Below are positions 1 to 10,101 of a stretch of DNA of 64,000 nucleotides, in pieces. The translations under genes were made by a program, and so were the position numbers. Below the pieces are notes generated by a model that worked only from the letters and a program-made list of their open reading frames with translations, made no database searches and was not told the origin of the DNA. The stretch is from Octopus sinensis (lineage: Eukaryota), in assembly GCF_006345805.1 (NCBI RefSeq), contig NC_043026.1:11160001-11224000 (forward strand). The letters are read 5' to 3'. Position 1 is the stretch's first letter. Every line of letters begins with the position of its first letter.

Positions 1-210
1 AAATCAAATGGAGATTCCTTTTGATTTTGGTTTTGATGTACTTGACTTGGTAATTTCAACCAATCAATGACATGTAATCAGCTGAATAAAATTACTGCTG
101 TTGTTTGTCAACAACAACTATCGGCGGTGTATTTTTCGTTTGTCACTGTTATTTACGACATCATTTGTACGTTTGTACGGGTTTTAGCTTTAAGGTTTTA
201 GGGTTAGGGT
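1..210. repeat. Partial copy of an interspersed repeat containing telomere-like TTAGGG motifs
   Basis: Reverse-complement match to copies at ~43480-43730, 44225-44360, 45095-45340 and 45835-46000; ttagggttagggtt near 198-211. Confidence 0.7.
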
Positions 211-218
211 TATAATGT

Positions 219-605
219 GGAGGCGCAATGGCCCAGTGGTTAGGGCAGCGGACTCGCGGTCATAGGATCGCGGTTTCAATTCCCTGACCGGGCGTTGTGA
301 GTGTTTATTGAGCGAAAACACCTAAAGCTCCACGAGGCTCCGGCAGGGGATGGTGGTGATCCCTACTGTACTCTTTCACCACAACTTTCTCTCACTCTTA
401 CTTCCTGTTTCTGTTGTACCTGTATTTCAAAGGGCAGGCCTTGTCACTCTCTGTGTCACGCTGAATATCCCTGAGAACTACGTTAAGTGTACACGTGTCT
501 GTGGAGTGCTCAGCCACTTGCACGTTAATTTCACGAGCAGGCTGTTCCGTTGATTCGGATCAACCGGAACCCTTGTCGTCGTAACCGACGGAGTGCTTCC
601 ATTCC
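219..605 (+). mobile_element. tRNA-derived SINE, family A (head GGAGGCGCAATGGCCCAGTGG), tail type A
   Basis: tRNA-like A/B boxes; 13-bp TSD AGGGTTATAATGT at 206-218 and 606-618; near-identical copies at 33839, 42523 and 51801. Confidence 0.9.
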
Positions 606-908
606 AGGGTTATAATGTGTGTGTTGAGGAAAGTTACAACAATAATCCTTAGCAAGTAGAATGTGATGCAGGTTCGATTTTTGGATGAACCCCTTTACAA
701 TGATAATAATAATAATAATAATAATAATAACGAGAGTCTAATATTTATGAAAATATTTATTTGACATAATGAAAGAAGGCAAAAGATTGACGTCCTGGAA
801 TAATTCCAAAAACCATCAACGAATTTTCTGAAACATCAAAACCAAGAACTTCAAAGACTTCATTATCATCCCATCTCAGGAGTAAATAGTTTTGAATATT
901 TTCCGGTT

Positions 909-3900
909 TCAGGACTTCAATTTTTCAGATGTTTGCTGTTCAACATGCCCAGGTATTTGGTAAATACAGTTTGCTGTATCTATTATATAAACATATTCAC
1001 CAATTGTATGTAGATGAGGTGTTTGAATACAGAATTCCCCAACACAAAATTTGTCTTTTATTCTTATCCTCCTCACCAAAGACTTTTCCCTGAACCATTC
1101 CACAAAACAGAGATCATCAGCCCACTCTCCGTCCTCGTCCTCCTTCTTCCCCTCCCTCCTCACAACTACAACATCACCAAAAGATGTGACTCCCACATCA
1201 TCCACAAGCGCTTCTCCCTTCAACTTTTTATATCTTGCCATCTTCCCATGACACACTTCATCTTTACATTTCCCATCTTTGATATCAACTACATCGACAT
1301 AATAAGAGCCGTAGGCATCATTGTCATTGCAAAGGAAACAAAACTTCTCGTTGTACCATTTTTTTCTGTAGTTATTGTTTCTCTCGTCTTCAGTTAAGTC
1401 ACTGATATAATGACCACCACACACGAGTTGATTGTCGTTGTATTTATAAATCGTGCTGTAGTATTTCTCAGTTTTGATGGTATTTAAACAACACAGATCT
1501 CTATTGAAGACCATCATTTCTTTACCAAAGACAACTATGAATCGTTCATCTGTCCACCGACATATACCTAGTGGTTGTTGTTCTAGTTGTTTATGTTGAA
1601 GTATGTCGCCTGTTGTTGTTGTTGTTCTGATTAATGTGACACTTTCTCGAAACATCAACACACTCACATTCTCATCTAACTTAATTAGTTTACTGTTCAT
1701 GTCCCTGATGTCCCTAAAATCATAATCAACAGGTTCCTCGAATGCAGGAATGGAAAGAGGGACCATTGCTGTCCTATATGGAAGTCTCCTCACGGATATT
1801 TCATCAGTTCCTAACATACTCTCCGCTATGTAATTACCACATCTCACCTTTAATCTGCCTTTACCTATTATTTCACCTGATTTACCTCTTCTTCCTCCAT
1901 CTCCATCTCTTCCTCTGTATTCCAATTTATTAATTAATTCATTACTGAATATTTCCTTGTTCGTTTCAGATGTAATGGAAGGGAAATGAAGACCAGAATC
2001 AAGATTTAATGATGACACAGATTCCAGAATGTTCACTTGGTCCCCATCAATCTTTATGCAATGACATTCAATCAATTCAATAAGTACACACCAGTAAATA
2101 TTTCCCACTTTTCTCCATATTACACCATAAGGGATGAGACTTGGCCAAACTTTAGATTTCTGCAAATCTTCTCCATTCAGTTGAAATATTTCTTTTCTTT
2201 TAGGAACCGTGGCCATTATGTGTGAGTCTTGTGTAAAACACACACCACCAACTAAACTTGCAACATTTCTGTGACATAGCAACTGGCCGTCTTCATCGAA
2301 TATTTTAACATTTCCATTATTGGCTTTTTCACACACAACTGTCTTTCCTTCCTCAGAGACATCAAAATCTTTTACTTGAACAGGACATTCATCTGTTTGT
2401 AAACGAGCAACCTGGAAGCTGTCTCGATTCACCATAAACAACCCTTCAACATACAATTCATTCCTTCTTCTCCCTTTGGGGCTTCCAACAAACCTTGTTC
2501 CTTTACAGTTTATACTGAAAAATTCTACTTTATCTTTATAAATTCTTTTATTTAAAAATATTCTTTTGTATTCCCCATTCTGGGTCAAACACAAAATTTT
2601 TTCATAAGATGAATCGAAATGTTTACACCACTCACCCTGAATGTACAAAAAACTTTCATCAATTGTTATCCTATCATGTTGCCAATTAGTTTTCATGTAG
2701 TGTCTAACTGAATGTAAATACTGACCATCACTGTTGAAAAAAATTATGAATCTTCCATTGAGGACAGTGATGATATTGCCAGCAGTAACATTAATATCCT
2801 GGATGTCATTAATATAATTTCCATATTCTCTTCTCGTTAATAATGTTTCAGGTATGTCTATTTGTTTTGTGTCATTCACAGTCGACTGTATTTCATCAAT
2901 ATCAATGAAATACAAATAACATTCATGTTTCCATTTACTACTACAAACCAGTTGATTGTTTAATAAAGAAGCAATACATTCATATTCATTTCTTGTTTGG
3001 TAAATTACAAATGAAAATGGAAATTCTACTTTTAATATTAGCAGTTGGAATTTTCTACCAAATGAATACCCAATTGTAATAACCAGTTTTTCTGACTGCC
3101 ATCGACACATTTTTATAGTGTAAGAATCTTTGATTTTAATAGAATCCAAAAGTTCACCGTCAAATGTGAATATCTTAATGTTTCCATTATTCTCGTCACA
3201 TCCCACAATCAGGTTATTTTCAGTAATAACCAAGGAAGCAATCCTCAATGGTCGTTTGTCTCCAAAACCTTGAGAGACATGAATATGTCTGGCTTTATCA
3301 GAAACTGTCAGATCCTGTAGATATAAAGTAGAAGACAACATTTCACTGACAGAAATGTTTCTAGAAAATACATCTACCAGGTCGATATTAATATTAAGTT
3401 GATTATTTGTAACGAGATCATTAACCAACAAATTATGATCATTTATAGCAAACATACGGCTGTTGTCTATCAAATAAATGAACATTTTATCAATGGATCC
3501 ACCATAGAGATTGTAGGGGCGTATCACTTGAGACAGTAAATCACTGGGGACCATCTCAATACTACAAAGATGACCATCGCCATGACCACCACCACCTATT
3601 TTAGTGTTATACTTAAAAGCTTTTTCCCTAGTAACAATTAATAGCTTTAGCGTTTCTTTTTCTATTTCTAATGATTTCACTACAAAAGGAATATCAATTC
3701 TATGAATTACTTCAACTTGATTATATTTTTTAATGGCTAAAATACCTAAATGAGATGGTTTATCACAATAACAAACAATTTGACCTTCACCCAGCTTACA
3801 CACCCGTACATAAGGCTGTCTTAATAGCACAGTTCTAACTGTTTTTGATAGGTTTCCGATAACCCTTAATTGTTTCTCTAGGGGTAATGTGACACCTATA

Positions 3901-6212
3901 TGATTACAATCCCATCGACATATATCTGTGGCTATAGATGGCAGAGATAATCTGGACACAATGTCTCCTTCATTAGAAATGTATAACAAGCAATCGTGGT
4001 TGATGTCGGACACCACTAACTGTCCATTTGCCAGATGACGTATTTTGGCAATGAGAAGTTTGTCGTTCTCCTTTTCTTTGAGTCGTAGATTTAGATTTCT
4101 GATGTAAGGATTTTTCGTGTATAAATAACAGCCAGACGACCGGTCATGATTCTTGTAAATAAGAACCCTGTTGAGTTGAGTGTCCGGGACATAAAGAGTT
4201 CCTTGGAAAACAGCAATGTGAGGGTGAACAGTGAAAGGTAATTCCCACTGCCATTTAATTTCTCCATATATGTCGTAACATATCAGAATAGAGTGTCTCT
4301 TGAACAGAACATAAAAATAGATATTATCAGAGTAGATGTGATGAGGAAAGCCATAGAATGGAATGTATTTTTCAAAAAGTTCTTCACCTGATGTGGAATA
4401 AAATACCATTTTATTTTCGCTTCCATCTACAACTACAAAATTAATTGGAGTTGCAGCAATGCTGACATTATGATGTCCCAGAGAAATTATTTCTGCAATG
4501 TCAACTTTATCTTCGTTGATCAATAGGATATGGACCTCGCTTTTGTTTTCAGTGGTGGTCACAGCTAGACACTTATTTGATACAATATGACATATTTTCA
4601 TGTAACCAGTTTGCACCTTTATTAAAGGGCCTTTTCTTAGTTCAGGACAGGTGATATACTGAAATCCTTTCATTTCACAATAAAATACCAGGAATCTGTT
4701 TGCATTTATTCTACAACTGAAAGAAGGAACCTCAAGGAAAACTGAATTATTTTGGCTAATTATTTCCCCGTTATCAGTGAATAATTTAGCTTTCTTGTTT
4801 TTGTAAATTATTAATATAGAAGATGTAGACATAGGTAGAATATTTGTAATGTTGTAGCAATCCTCAATATCAATATAGTCTTTTAAACTGGGGGTATGTA
4901 GCTGGTAGTCGTATGACAGTTTGAGCCAAAAATCTTGATTTGTTTCAATGGCATGTGGTTTGCCACAATAATCTGTTACCAAAATGGTATCTTTACCAAC
5001 AGAAATAGAGCAGCATTTCCTGCCAATGTCCCTCTTTGTCACACTACCTTTAGCTGAAATCTTATAGATAATTTGTCCCTGGAGGACATAGAAATATCTT
5101 TGGTACAATGAGATTTTAGTTGGGAGGTGCAGAGAATGGGTCTCTACCTCCCATAACTGTTGGCCATCCAGTTTGTAACAGATTACTCTGTTAATACTGG
5201 AAAATGACATTAAAAGTATATTCTGGACCCCTACAGCAATATCTGTAGGTCTTTCTCTGGTAAGGAATTCATATCCAATTCTATTATCCTCCCAATCAAT
5301 TTGGTAAATAGTCTTACCAAACATTTCTACACCTATAAGTGTAGAATGTTCCAAGTAAGCAACCATATATAACCCCAACTGTATCCTTTTGATCTTGAAG
5401 GTTTTGGGGCTGATTAAAAGAATCATGTTTTTGAAGGGGAGGGTTGCTAGAACCATGTCTTCACCGATTCTGGTGAAATCGGTGACAGAAGATGGACAAT
5501 GGACATCATTTCTGTTACCGCCTTTTGTCATACAACATATTGTCATACAGTGGTGGGAATATGTTATCACACCCCACTGTATGACAATAATATTGGATAA
5601 CATTGTGCTTTTCTCAAATTCTTCTCCAGATTCATCAATTTTTGCTTCTCTGGTCACAATTGGGCAAAGAGGCCGGAATTTTGTTATTATTTTTGGTGGA
5701 TCAATGGTTTTGTTTTTGTCTTGTAGAATATTTCTTTGTAGATAGTGCTCCAGGAACAATTCTAATTTTCCAAAAATAATATATTCTTGATTGTAATTGT
5801 TTTCTTTAAGGTCTTCTGTTAAAATTTCTATTCTCTGTGTAAAATCTTTTAGAAACATATTTTCATCCATTCCGATACTTTTTAAAAAAGTACATATTTC
5901 TTTCCGAGAATTTATCAACAAATTCATTTTGTCCTCATAGGCATTGAATCTTGTATAAAATATGTGTTTGTCCAAAATATTTCGTCTTCCCATTATTTCC
6001 CAGTTTTTAGGGTCTCCTTTATGTTTTTTTCGTTTTGTTGTTGGCTGAGATGAAGCTTGTTTCTCGGACATTTCTCTCCTCGAACCATCGTCTCTCTCAT
6101 ATTTACACCTTTGATAGTCAACTCTTTCTTCATCACTTTTTGTTGTTGAGTCCCTTAAAGCTCTTTTCCGAAAGGCAAGTTTTCTTAAAGTATTTCCCGT
6201 GTCATCTTCCAT
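909..6212 (-). CDS. 1767-aa protein: charged N-terminus, helical/coiled-coil-like segment, ~6 tandem NHL/TolB-like beta-propeller modules
   Basis: 5.3-kb stop-free ORF in AT-rich DNA. Recurring module starts such as LANGQLVVSDINHDCLL..G..LSLPSIATDICRW...GVTLP, ITENNLIVGCDENNGNIKIFTFDGE and SEEGKTVVCEKANNGNVKIFDEDGQ resemble molluscan TRIM/B-box C-terminal propellers. Confidence 0.8.
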   Translation of the reverse strand: MEDDTGNTLRKLAFRKRALRDSTTKSDEERVDYQRCKYERDDGSRREMSEKQASSQPTTKRKKHKGDPKNWEIMGRRNILDKHIFYTRFNAYEDKMNLLINSRKEICTFLKSIGMDENMFLKDFTQRIEILTEDLKENNYNQEYIIFGKLELFLEHYLQRNILQDKNKTIDPPKIITKFRPLCPIVTREAKIDESGEEFEKSTMLSNIIVIQWGVITYSHHCMTICCMTKGGNRNDVHCPSSVTDFTRIGEDMVLATLPFKNMILLISPKTFKIKRIQLGLYMVAYLEHSTLIGVEMFGKTIYQIDWEDNRIGYEFLTRERPTDIAVGVQNILLMSFSSINRVICYKLDGQQLWEVETHSLHLPTKISLYQRYFYVLQGQIIYKISAKGSVTKRDIGRKCCSISVGKDTILVTDYCGKPHAIETNQDFWLKLSYDYQLHTPSLKDYIDIEDCYNITNILPMSTSSILIIYKNKKAKLFTDNGEIISQNNSVFLEVPSFSCRINANRFLVFYCEMKGFQYITCPELRKGPLIKVQTGYMKICHIVSNKCLAVTTTENKSEVHILLINEDKVDIAEIISLGHHNVSIAATPINFVVVDGSENKMVFYSTSGEELFEKYIPFYGFPHHIYSDNIYFYVLFKRHSILICYDIYGEIKWQWELPFTVHPHIAVFQGTLYVPDTQLNRVLIYKNHDRSSGCYLYTKNPYIRNLNLRLKEKENDKLLIAKIRHLANGQLVVSDINHDCLLYISNEGDIVSRLSLPSIATDICRWDCNHIGVTLPLEKQLRVIGNLSKTVRTVLLRQPYVRVCKLGEGQIVCYCDKPSHLGILAIKKYNQVEVIHRIDIPFVVKSLEIEKETLKLLIVTREKAFKYNTKIGGGGHGDGHLCSIEMVPSDLLSQVIRPYNLYGGSIDKMFIYLIDNSRMFAINDHNLLVNDLVTNNQLNINIDLVDVFSRNISVSEMLSSTLYLQDLTVSDKARHIHVSQGFGDKRPLRIASLVITENNLIVGCDENNGNIKIFTFDGELLDSIKIKDSYTIKMCRWQSEKLVITIGYSFGRKFQLLILKVEFPFSFVIYQTRNEYECIASLLNNQLVCSSKWKHECYLYFIDIDEIQSTVNDTKQIDIPETLLTRREYGNYINDIQDINVTAGNIITVLNGRFIIFFNSDGQYLHSVRHYMKTNWQHDRITIDESFLYIQGEWCKHFDSSYEKILCLTQNGEYKRIFLNKRIYKDKVEFFSINCKGTRFVGSPKGRRRNELYVEGLFMVNRDSFQVARLQTDECPVQVKDFDVSEEGKTVVCEKANNGNVKIFDEDGQLLCHRNVASLVGGVCFTQDSHIMATVPKRKEIFQLNGEDLQKSKVWPSLIPYGVIWRKVGNIYWCVLIELIECHCIKIDGDQVNILESVSSLNLDSGLHFPSITSETNKEIFSNELINKLEYRGRDGDGGRRGKSGEIIGKGRLKVRCGNYIAESMLGTDEISVRRLPYRTAMVPLSIPAFEEPVDYDFRDIRDMNSKLIKLDENVSVLMFRESVTLIRTTTTTGDILQHKQLEQQPLGICRWTDERFIVVFGKEMMVFNRDLCCLNTIKTEKYYSTIYKYNDNQLVCGGHYISDLTEDERNNNYRKKWYNEKFCFLCNDNDAYGSYYVDVVDIKDGKCKDEVCHGKMARYKKLKGEALVDDVGVTSFGDVVVVRREGKKEDEDGEWADDLCFVEWFREKSLVRRIRIKDKFCVGEFCIQTPHLHTIGEYVYIIDTANCIYQIPGHVEQQTSEKLKS

Positions 6213-6219
6213 TGTGAAT

Positions 6220-6240
6220 CTATAATGAAATAAAAGGAAA
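6220..6240 (-). promoter_or_regulatory. Candidate 3' splice acceptor just upstream of the propeller ORF ATG
   Basis: Minus strand tttccttttatttcattatAG|attcacaATG. Confidence 0.55.
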
Positions 6241-6290
6241 ACATTTAGCTTTGTAAAGATATCATAATTTCAGGAAGATGATGTTTACTT

Positions 6291-6880
6291 CATCATCATC
6301 ATCATTTAGCGTCCGCTTTCCATGCTAGCATGGGTTGGACGGTTCAACTGGGGTCTGTGAAGCCGGAAGGCCGCATCAGGCCCAGTCTGATCTGGCAGTG
6401 TTTCTACGGCTGAATGCCCTTCCTAACACCAACCACTCCATGAGTGTAGTGGGTGCTTTTTACGTGCCACCCACACAGGTGCCAGACGGAGCTGGCAAAC
6501 GGCCATGAACGGATGGTGCTTTTATGTGCCACCGGCACGGAGGCCAGGCGAGGCTGGCAAACGGCCATGAACGGATGGTGCTTTTACGTGCCACCGGCAC
6601 GGGGGCCAGGCGAGGCTGGCAACGGACACGAACGGATGGTGCTTTTACGTGCCACTGGCACGGGGGCCAGGCGAGGCTGGCAACGGACACGAACGGATGG
6701 TGCTTTTACGTGCCACCGGCACAGGGCCAGGCGGGGCTGGCAAACGGCCATGAACGGATGGTGCTTTTACGTGCCACTGGCACGGCTGGCAACAGACACG
6801 AACGGATGGTGCTTTTACGTGCTACCGGCACGAAGGCCAGGCGAGGCTGGCAATGGACACGAGTGGATGGTGCTTTTACG
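6291..6880 (-). mobile_element. RTE-clade LINE 3' UTR remnant with ~60-bp internal tandem repeats and (GAT)n tail
   Basis: Same sequence family as 14462-15218, which is continuous with an RTE-type ORF C-terminus; about 7-8 units, most carrying GTGCC-ACC-GGCAC. Confidence 0.75.
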
Positions 6881-6892
6881 GATGGTATTTTA

Positions 6893-7074
6893 GGGAAATA
6901 ATGGGAAAACAAAGTACTTTGGACAAAGCACATATTTTATACAAGATTCGAGGCATTTGAAGACAAAATGAATTTGTTGATAAATTCTCGAGAAGAAATG
7001 TGTACTTGTTTAAAAAGTATAGGAATGGATGAAAATATTTTTCAAAAAGATTTTACACAGAGAATAGAAATTTT
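6893..7074 (+). pseudogene. Inverted paralogous fragment of the N-terminal helical region of the 1767-aa ORF
   Basis: Translates HIFYTRFEAFEDKMNLLINSREEMCTCLKSIGMDENIFQKDFTQRIEI versus HIFYTRFNAYEDKMNLLINSRKEICTFLKSIGMDENMFLKDFTQRIEI; one extra G (GACAAAGCAC vs GACAAACAC) shifts the frame; runs into the N gap. Confidence 0.8.
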
Positions 7075-7174
7075 NNNNNNNNNNNNNNNNNNNNNNNNNN
7101 NNNNNNNNNNNNNNNNNNNNNNNNNNNNNNNNNNNNNNNNNNNNNNNNNNNNNNNNNNNNNNNNNNNNNNNNNN
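7075..7174. other. Assembly gap (100 N, probably unknown true size)
   Basis: Run of exactly 100 N. Confidence 0.99.
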
Positions 7175-7464
7175 CAATCAATTCATTTACTGTATTATAT
7201 GGGCAAAGGTAAAATGATTTACCACAAATTACTAATACAAGATAAGAAATGGAGAATACATCTAAATCAAATATCAATTACCAGATAATCTCAATCACAT
7301 ACTTTATTAAAACCACCACATAAGGACTATAGGGTTAAACAACAAAAAAGCAGAACAAATCAGTGTACATAGGAATGTACATAAAAAAGTGTACATACAA
7401 GAGTAATGTTGTATAATTAGTAGAATATATTAAAAGAAATATAAATATAAGTAAATATAAATAT

Positions 7465-7629
7465 ACGACAGGCTTCTTTCAGTTTCTGTCTACCAAATCC
7501 ACTCACAAGGCATTGGTCGACCCGGGGTTATAGTAGAAGATACTTGCCCAAGATGTCACGCAGTGGGACTGAACCCGGAACCATGTGGTTGGTTAGCAAG
7601 CTACTTACCACACAGCCACTCCTGCGCCT
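7465..7629 (-). mobile_element. CORE-like SINE (family B) 5' half
   Basis: Reverse complement of AGGAGTGGCTGTGTGGTAAGTAGC...CTTGGGCAAGT head seen at many loci. Confidence 0.85.
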
Positions 7630-7690
7630 ATTATCATCATCATCATTATTATTATTATTATTATTATTATCATCATCATCATCATCATCC

Positions 7691-7742
<52 letters not shown>

Positions 7743-7826
7743 CATCATCATCATCCTTATTATTATTATTATTATTATTATTATCATCATCATCATCATC
7801 CTTATTATTATTATTATTATTATTAT
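7629..7826. repeat. Compound (ATT)n/(ATC)n microsatellite
   Basis: Directly visible. Confidence 0.97.
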
Positions 7827-7828
7827 AT

Positions 7829-8010
7829 ACGGTGGCAAATTGGCAGAATCATTAGCACACTGGGTGAAATGCTTGACAGTATTTCGTCCTTTACATTCTG
7901 AGTTCAAATTCCGCCGAGGTCAACTTTACCTTTCATCCTTTCAGGGTCAGTAAAATAAGTACCAGTTGAGTACTGGTGGGGGTCAATGTAACCAACTTAA
8001 CCCCTCCCCC
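7829..8010 (+). mobile_element. Degenerate family C SINE (Meta-like domain TTCATCCTTTCGGGGTCGA)
   Basis: Matches family C copies at 18361, 22424 and 54150. Confidence 0.75.
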
Positions 8011-8444
8011 AAAATTTCAGGCCTTGTAGGCACAGGCGTGGCTGAGTGGTAAGTAGCTTGCTTACCAACCACATGGTAACGGGTTGTAGACTGAATCTAT
8101 CACCTAATTTAACACCATCACTTGGCCCTTGGTATGATTTTAGCAGAGGATTCCTCTGTTGTATGAATTCAAACCAGGTCTCTTGTTTTGAGAATATCTT
8201 TCTCCCACTCACCACTCTCGCAGACCCTGGAAAAGTCTAGGGTCATAGGCAGAGCCCTTCTCCTTTGACAAAGCTTTTTAAAAATGAATTTACGAAAAAC
8301 AACGAATTAATTTAACTGCCATAAAATTAATTTAAAAGTTTTAAATTTCAGTTCAGAAATAGAAATCCACTGTAAACTACCTAAAATCTTTCCGTTCCTT
8401 TAATTTCCATCAAATAGTTTTCACATAGTTATAACTAAACTATA

Positions 8445-8754
8445 CCGTGATCACCGTGACCGACCAGGCTATCAGATGTTGCAACACATTGCTGGTCACA
8501 ATGCGCTTTGCATTGTTTTAGCCTTCAAATGATGCCACCCTGCTGGCTAAGCAAGCAGGCCAACAGAAGAAGGAGTGAGAGAAAGTTGTGGCAAAAGAGT
8601 ACAGCAGGGATTCGCCACCACCCCCTGCCGGAGCCTCGTTGAGCTTTACGTGTTTTCGCTCAATAAACACACACAACGCCCGGTCTGGGAATCGAAACTG
8701 TGATCCTACGACCACGAGTCCGCTGCCCTAACAACTAGGCCATTGCACCTCCAC
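8445..8754 (-). mobile_element. Family A SINE head with alternative tail B
   Basis: 14-bp TSD ATAACTAAACTATA at 8431-8444 and 8755-8768; same head as 219-605 but different 3' half. Confidence 0.85.
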
Positions 8755-8848
8755 ATAACTAAACTATACATTATATTATATTCTGGAAATGAAATGTTTA
8801 CTTGTAATCTAAAACTGTAAATTGTTTAAACAATTTCTAACTATAAAA

Positions 8849-9844
8849 TTATGGAGATGTACTTGCATAGCAAGTGACTTGATCTGAGATCGTATGCTGA
8901 AACGAAAACAACTGCAGTGTGGAAGGTGTTTGTAAGCCATTTAAGAAACACACAAAAGACGTTCGATTCACTTCAACATTTAAGTTTAATTTGTCAAAAT
9001 ATTTTCGTCGCTTTGAGACCGCGACCTCTTCACTGACAAAACTTCGTGCTGCATCTCAGTAAATTTAGTCTTGACGTTTGTCCCTTCTTTAGGTTTAGTG
9101 CTTCGACTGTATGATAAATCCTTTTTGGGTAAACCTTCAGTGAGATGCAATGTCTAATGAAATGAAGCTGTTGCTTAGCTGTTATTCTTCTCAAGCAACA
9201 AGTAACGGCTGTCCTCAGAGTTTTGGTAGCCTGGCTCAAGCTTTCGGAATTACGGAGATGTACTTGCATAGCAAGTGACTTAATCTGACAAAAATCCATG
9301 CTGCATCTCAAAAATCCATGCTGCTGAGATGCAGCATGGATTTTTGTCAGTGAACAGGTCGCGGTCTTAAAGCGATGAAAATATTTTGACAAATTAAACT
9401 TAAATGTTGAAGTGAATTGAACGGATTTTGTGTGTTTCTTAAATGGCTTATAAACACCTTCCACACTGCAATTGTATATATATATATAAACCTTATTCAG
9501 CATGGATTTTTGTCAGTGAACAGGTCGCGCTTAAAGCGATGAAAATATTTTGACAATTAAACTTAAATGTTGAAGTGAATCGAACGGATTTTGTGTGTTT
9601 CTTAATGGCTTACAAACACCTTCCACGCTGCAATTGTATATATCTATATATATATATATATATAATATTATATATATATATAAACCTTATTCAGCATGGA
9701 TTTTTGTCAGTGAACAGGTCGTGGTCTTAAAGCGATGAAAATATTTTGACAAATTAAACTTAATGTTGAAGTGAATCGAACAGATTTTGTGTGTTTCTTA
9801 AATGGCTTACAAACACCTTCCACGCTGCAATTGTATATATATAT

Positions 9845-9875
<31 letters not shown>

Positions 9876-10029
9876 TATATATAAACCTTATTCAGCATGG
9901 ATTTGTGTCAGTGAACAGGTCGCGGTCTTAAAGCGATGAAAAATTTTGACAAATTAAACTTAAATGTTGAAGTGAATCGACGGATTTTTGTGTGTTTCTT
10001 AAATGGCTTACAAACCCTTCCACGCTGCA

Positions 10030-10101
<72 letters not shown>

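Noticed and set aside
219-300. tRNA-like sequence (also at 33839, 39287 and others)
   Set aside because: SINE heads continuous with repeat bodies and TSDs; no complete cloverleaf with a proper acceptor stem
350-553. Recurrent small ORF MVVIP...FTSRLFR (also 33921, 42573, 42843, 51851)
   Set aside because: Lies wholly within family A SINE copies and has variable starts
909-6212. 1767-aa ORF as a transposon or viral gene
   Set aside because: No RT, integrase, helicase, capsid or transposase motifs recognised; no TIR/LTR or TSD seen at its borders
7544-7907. Poly-L/S, poly-Y/H and poly-I/M ORFs
   Set aside because: Translations of an (ATT)/(ATC) microsatellite
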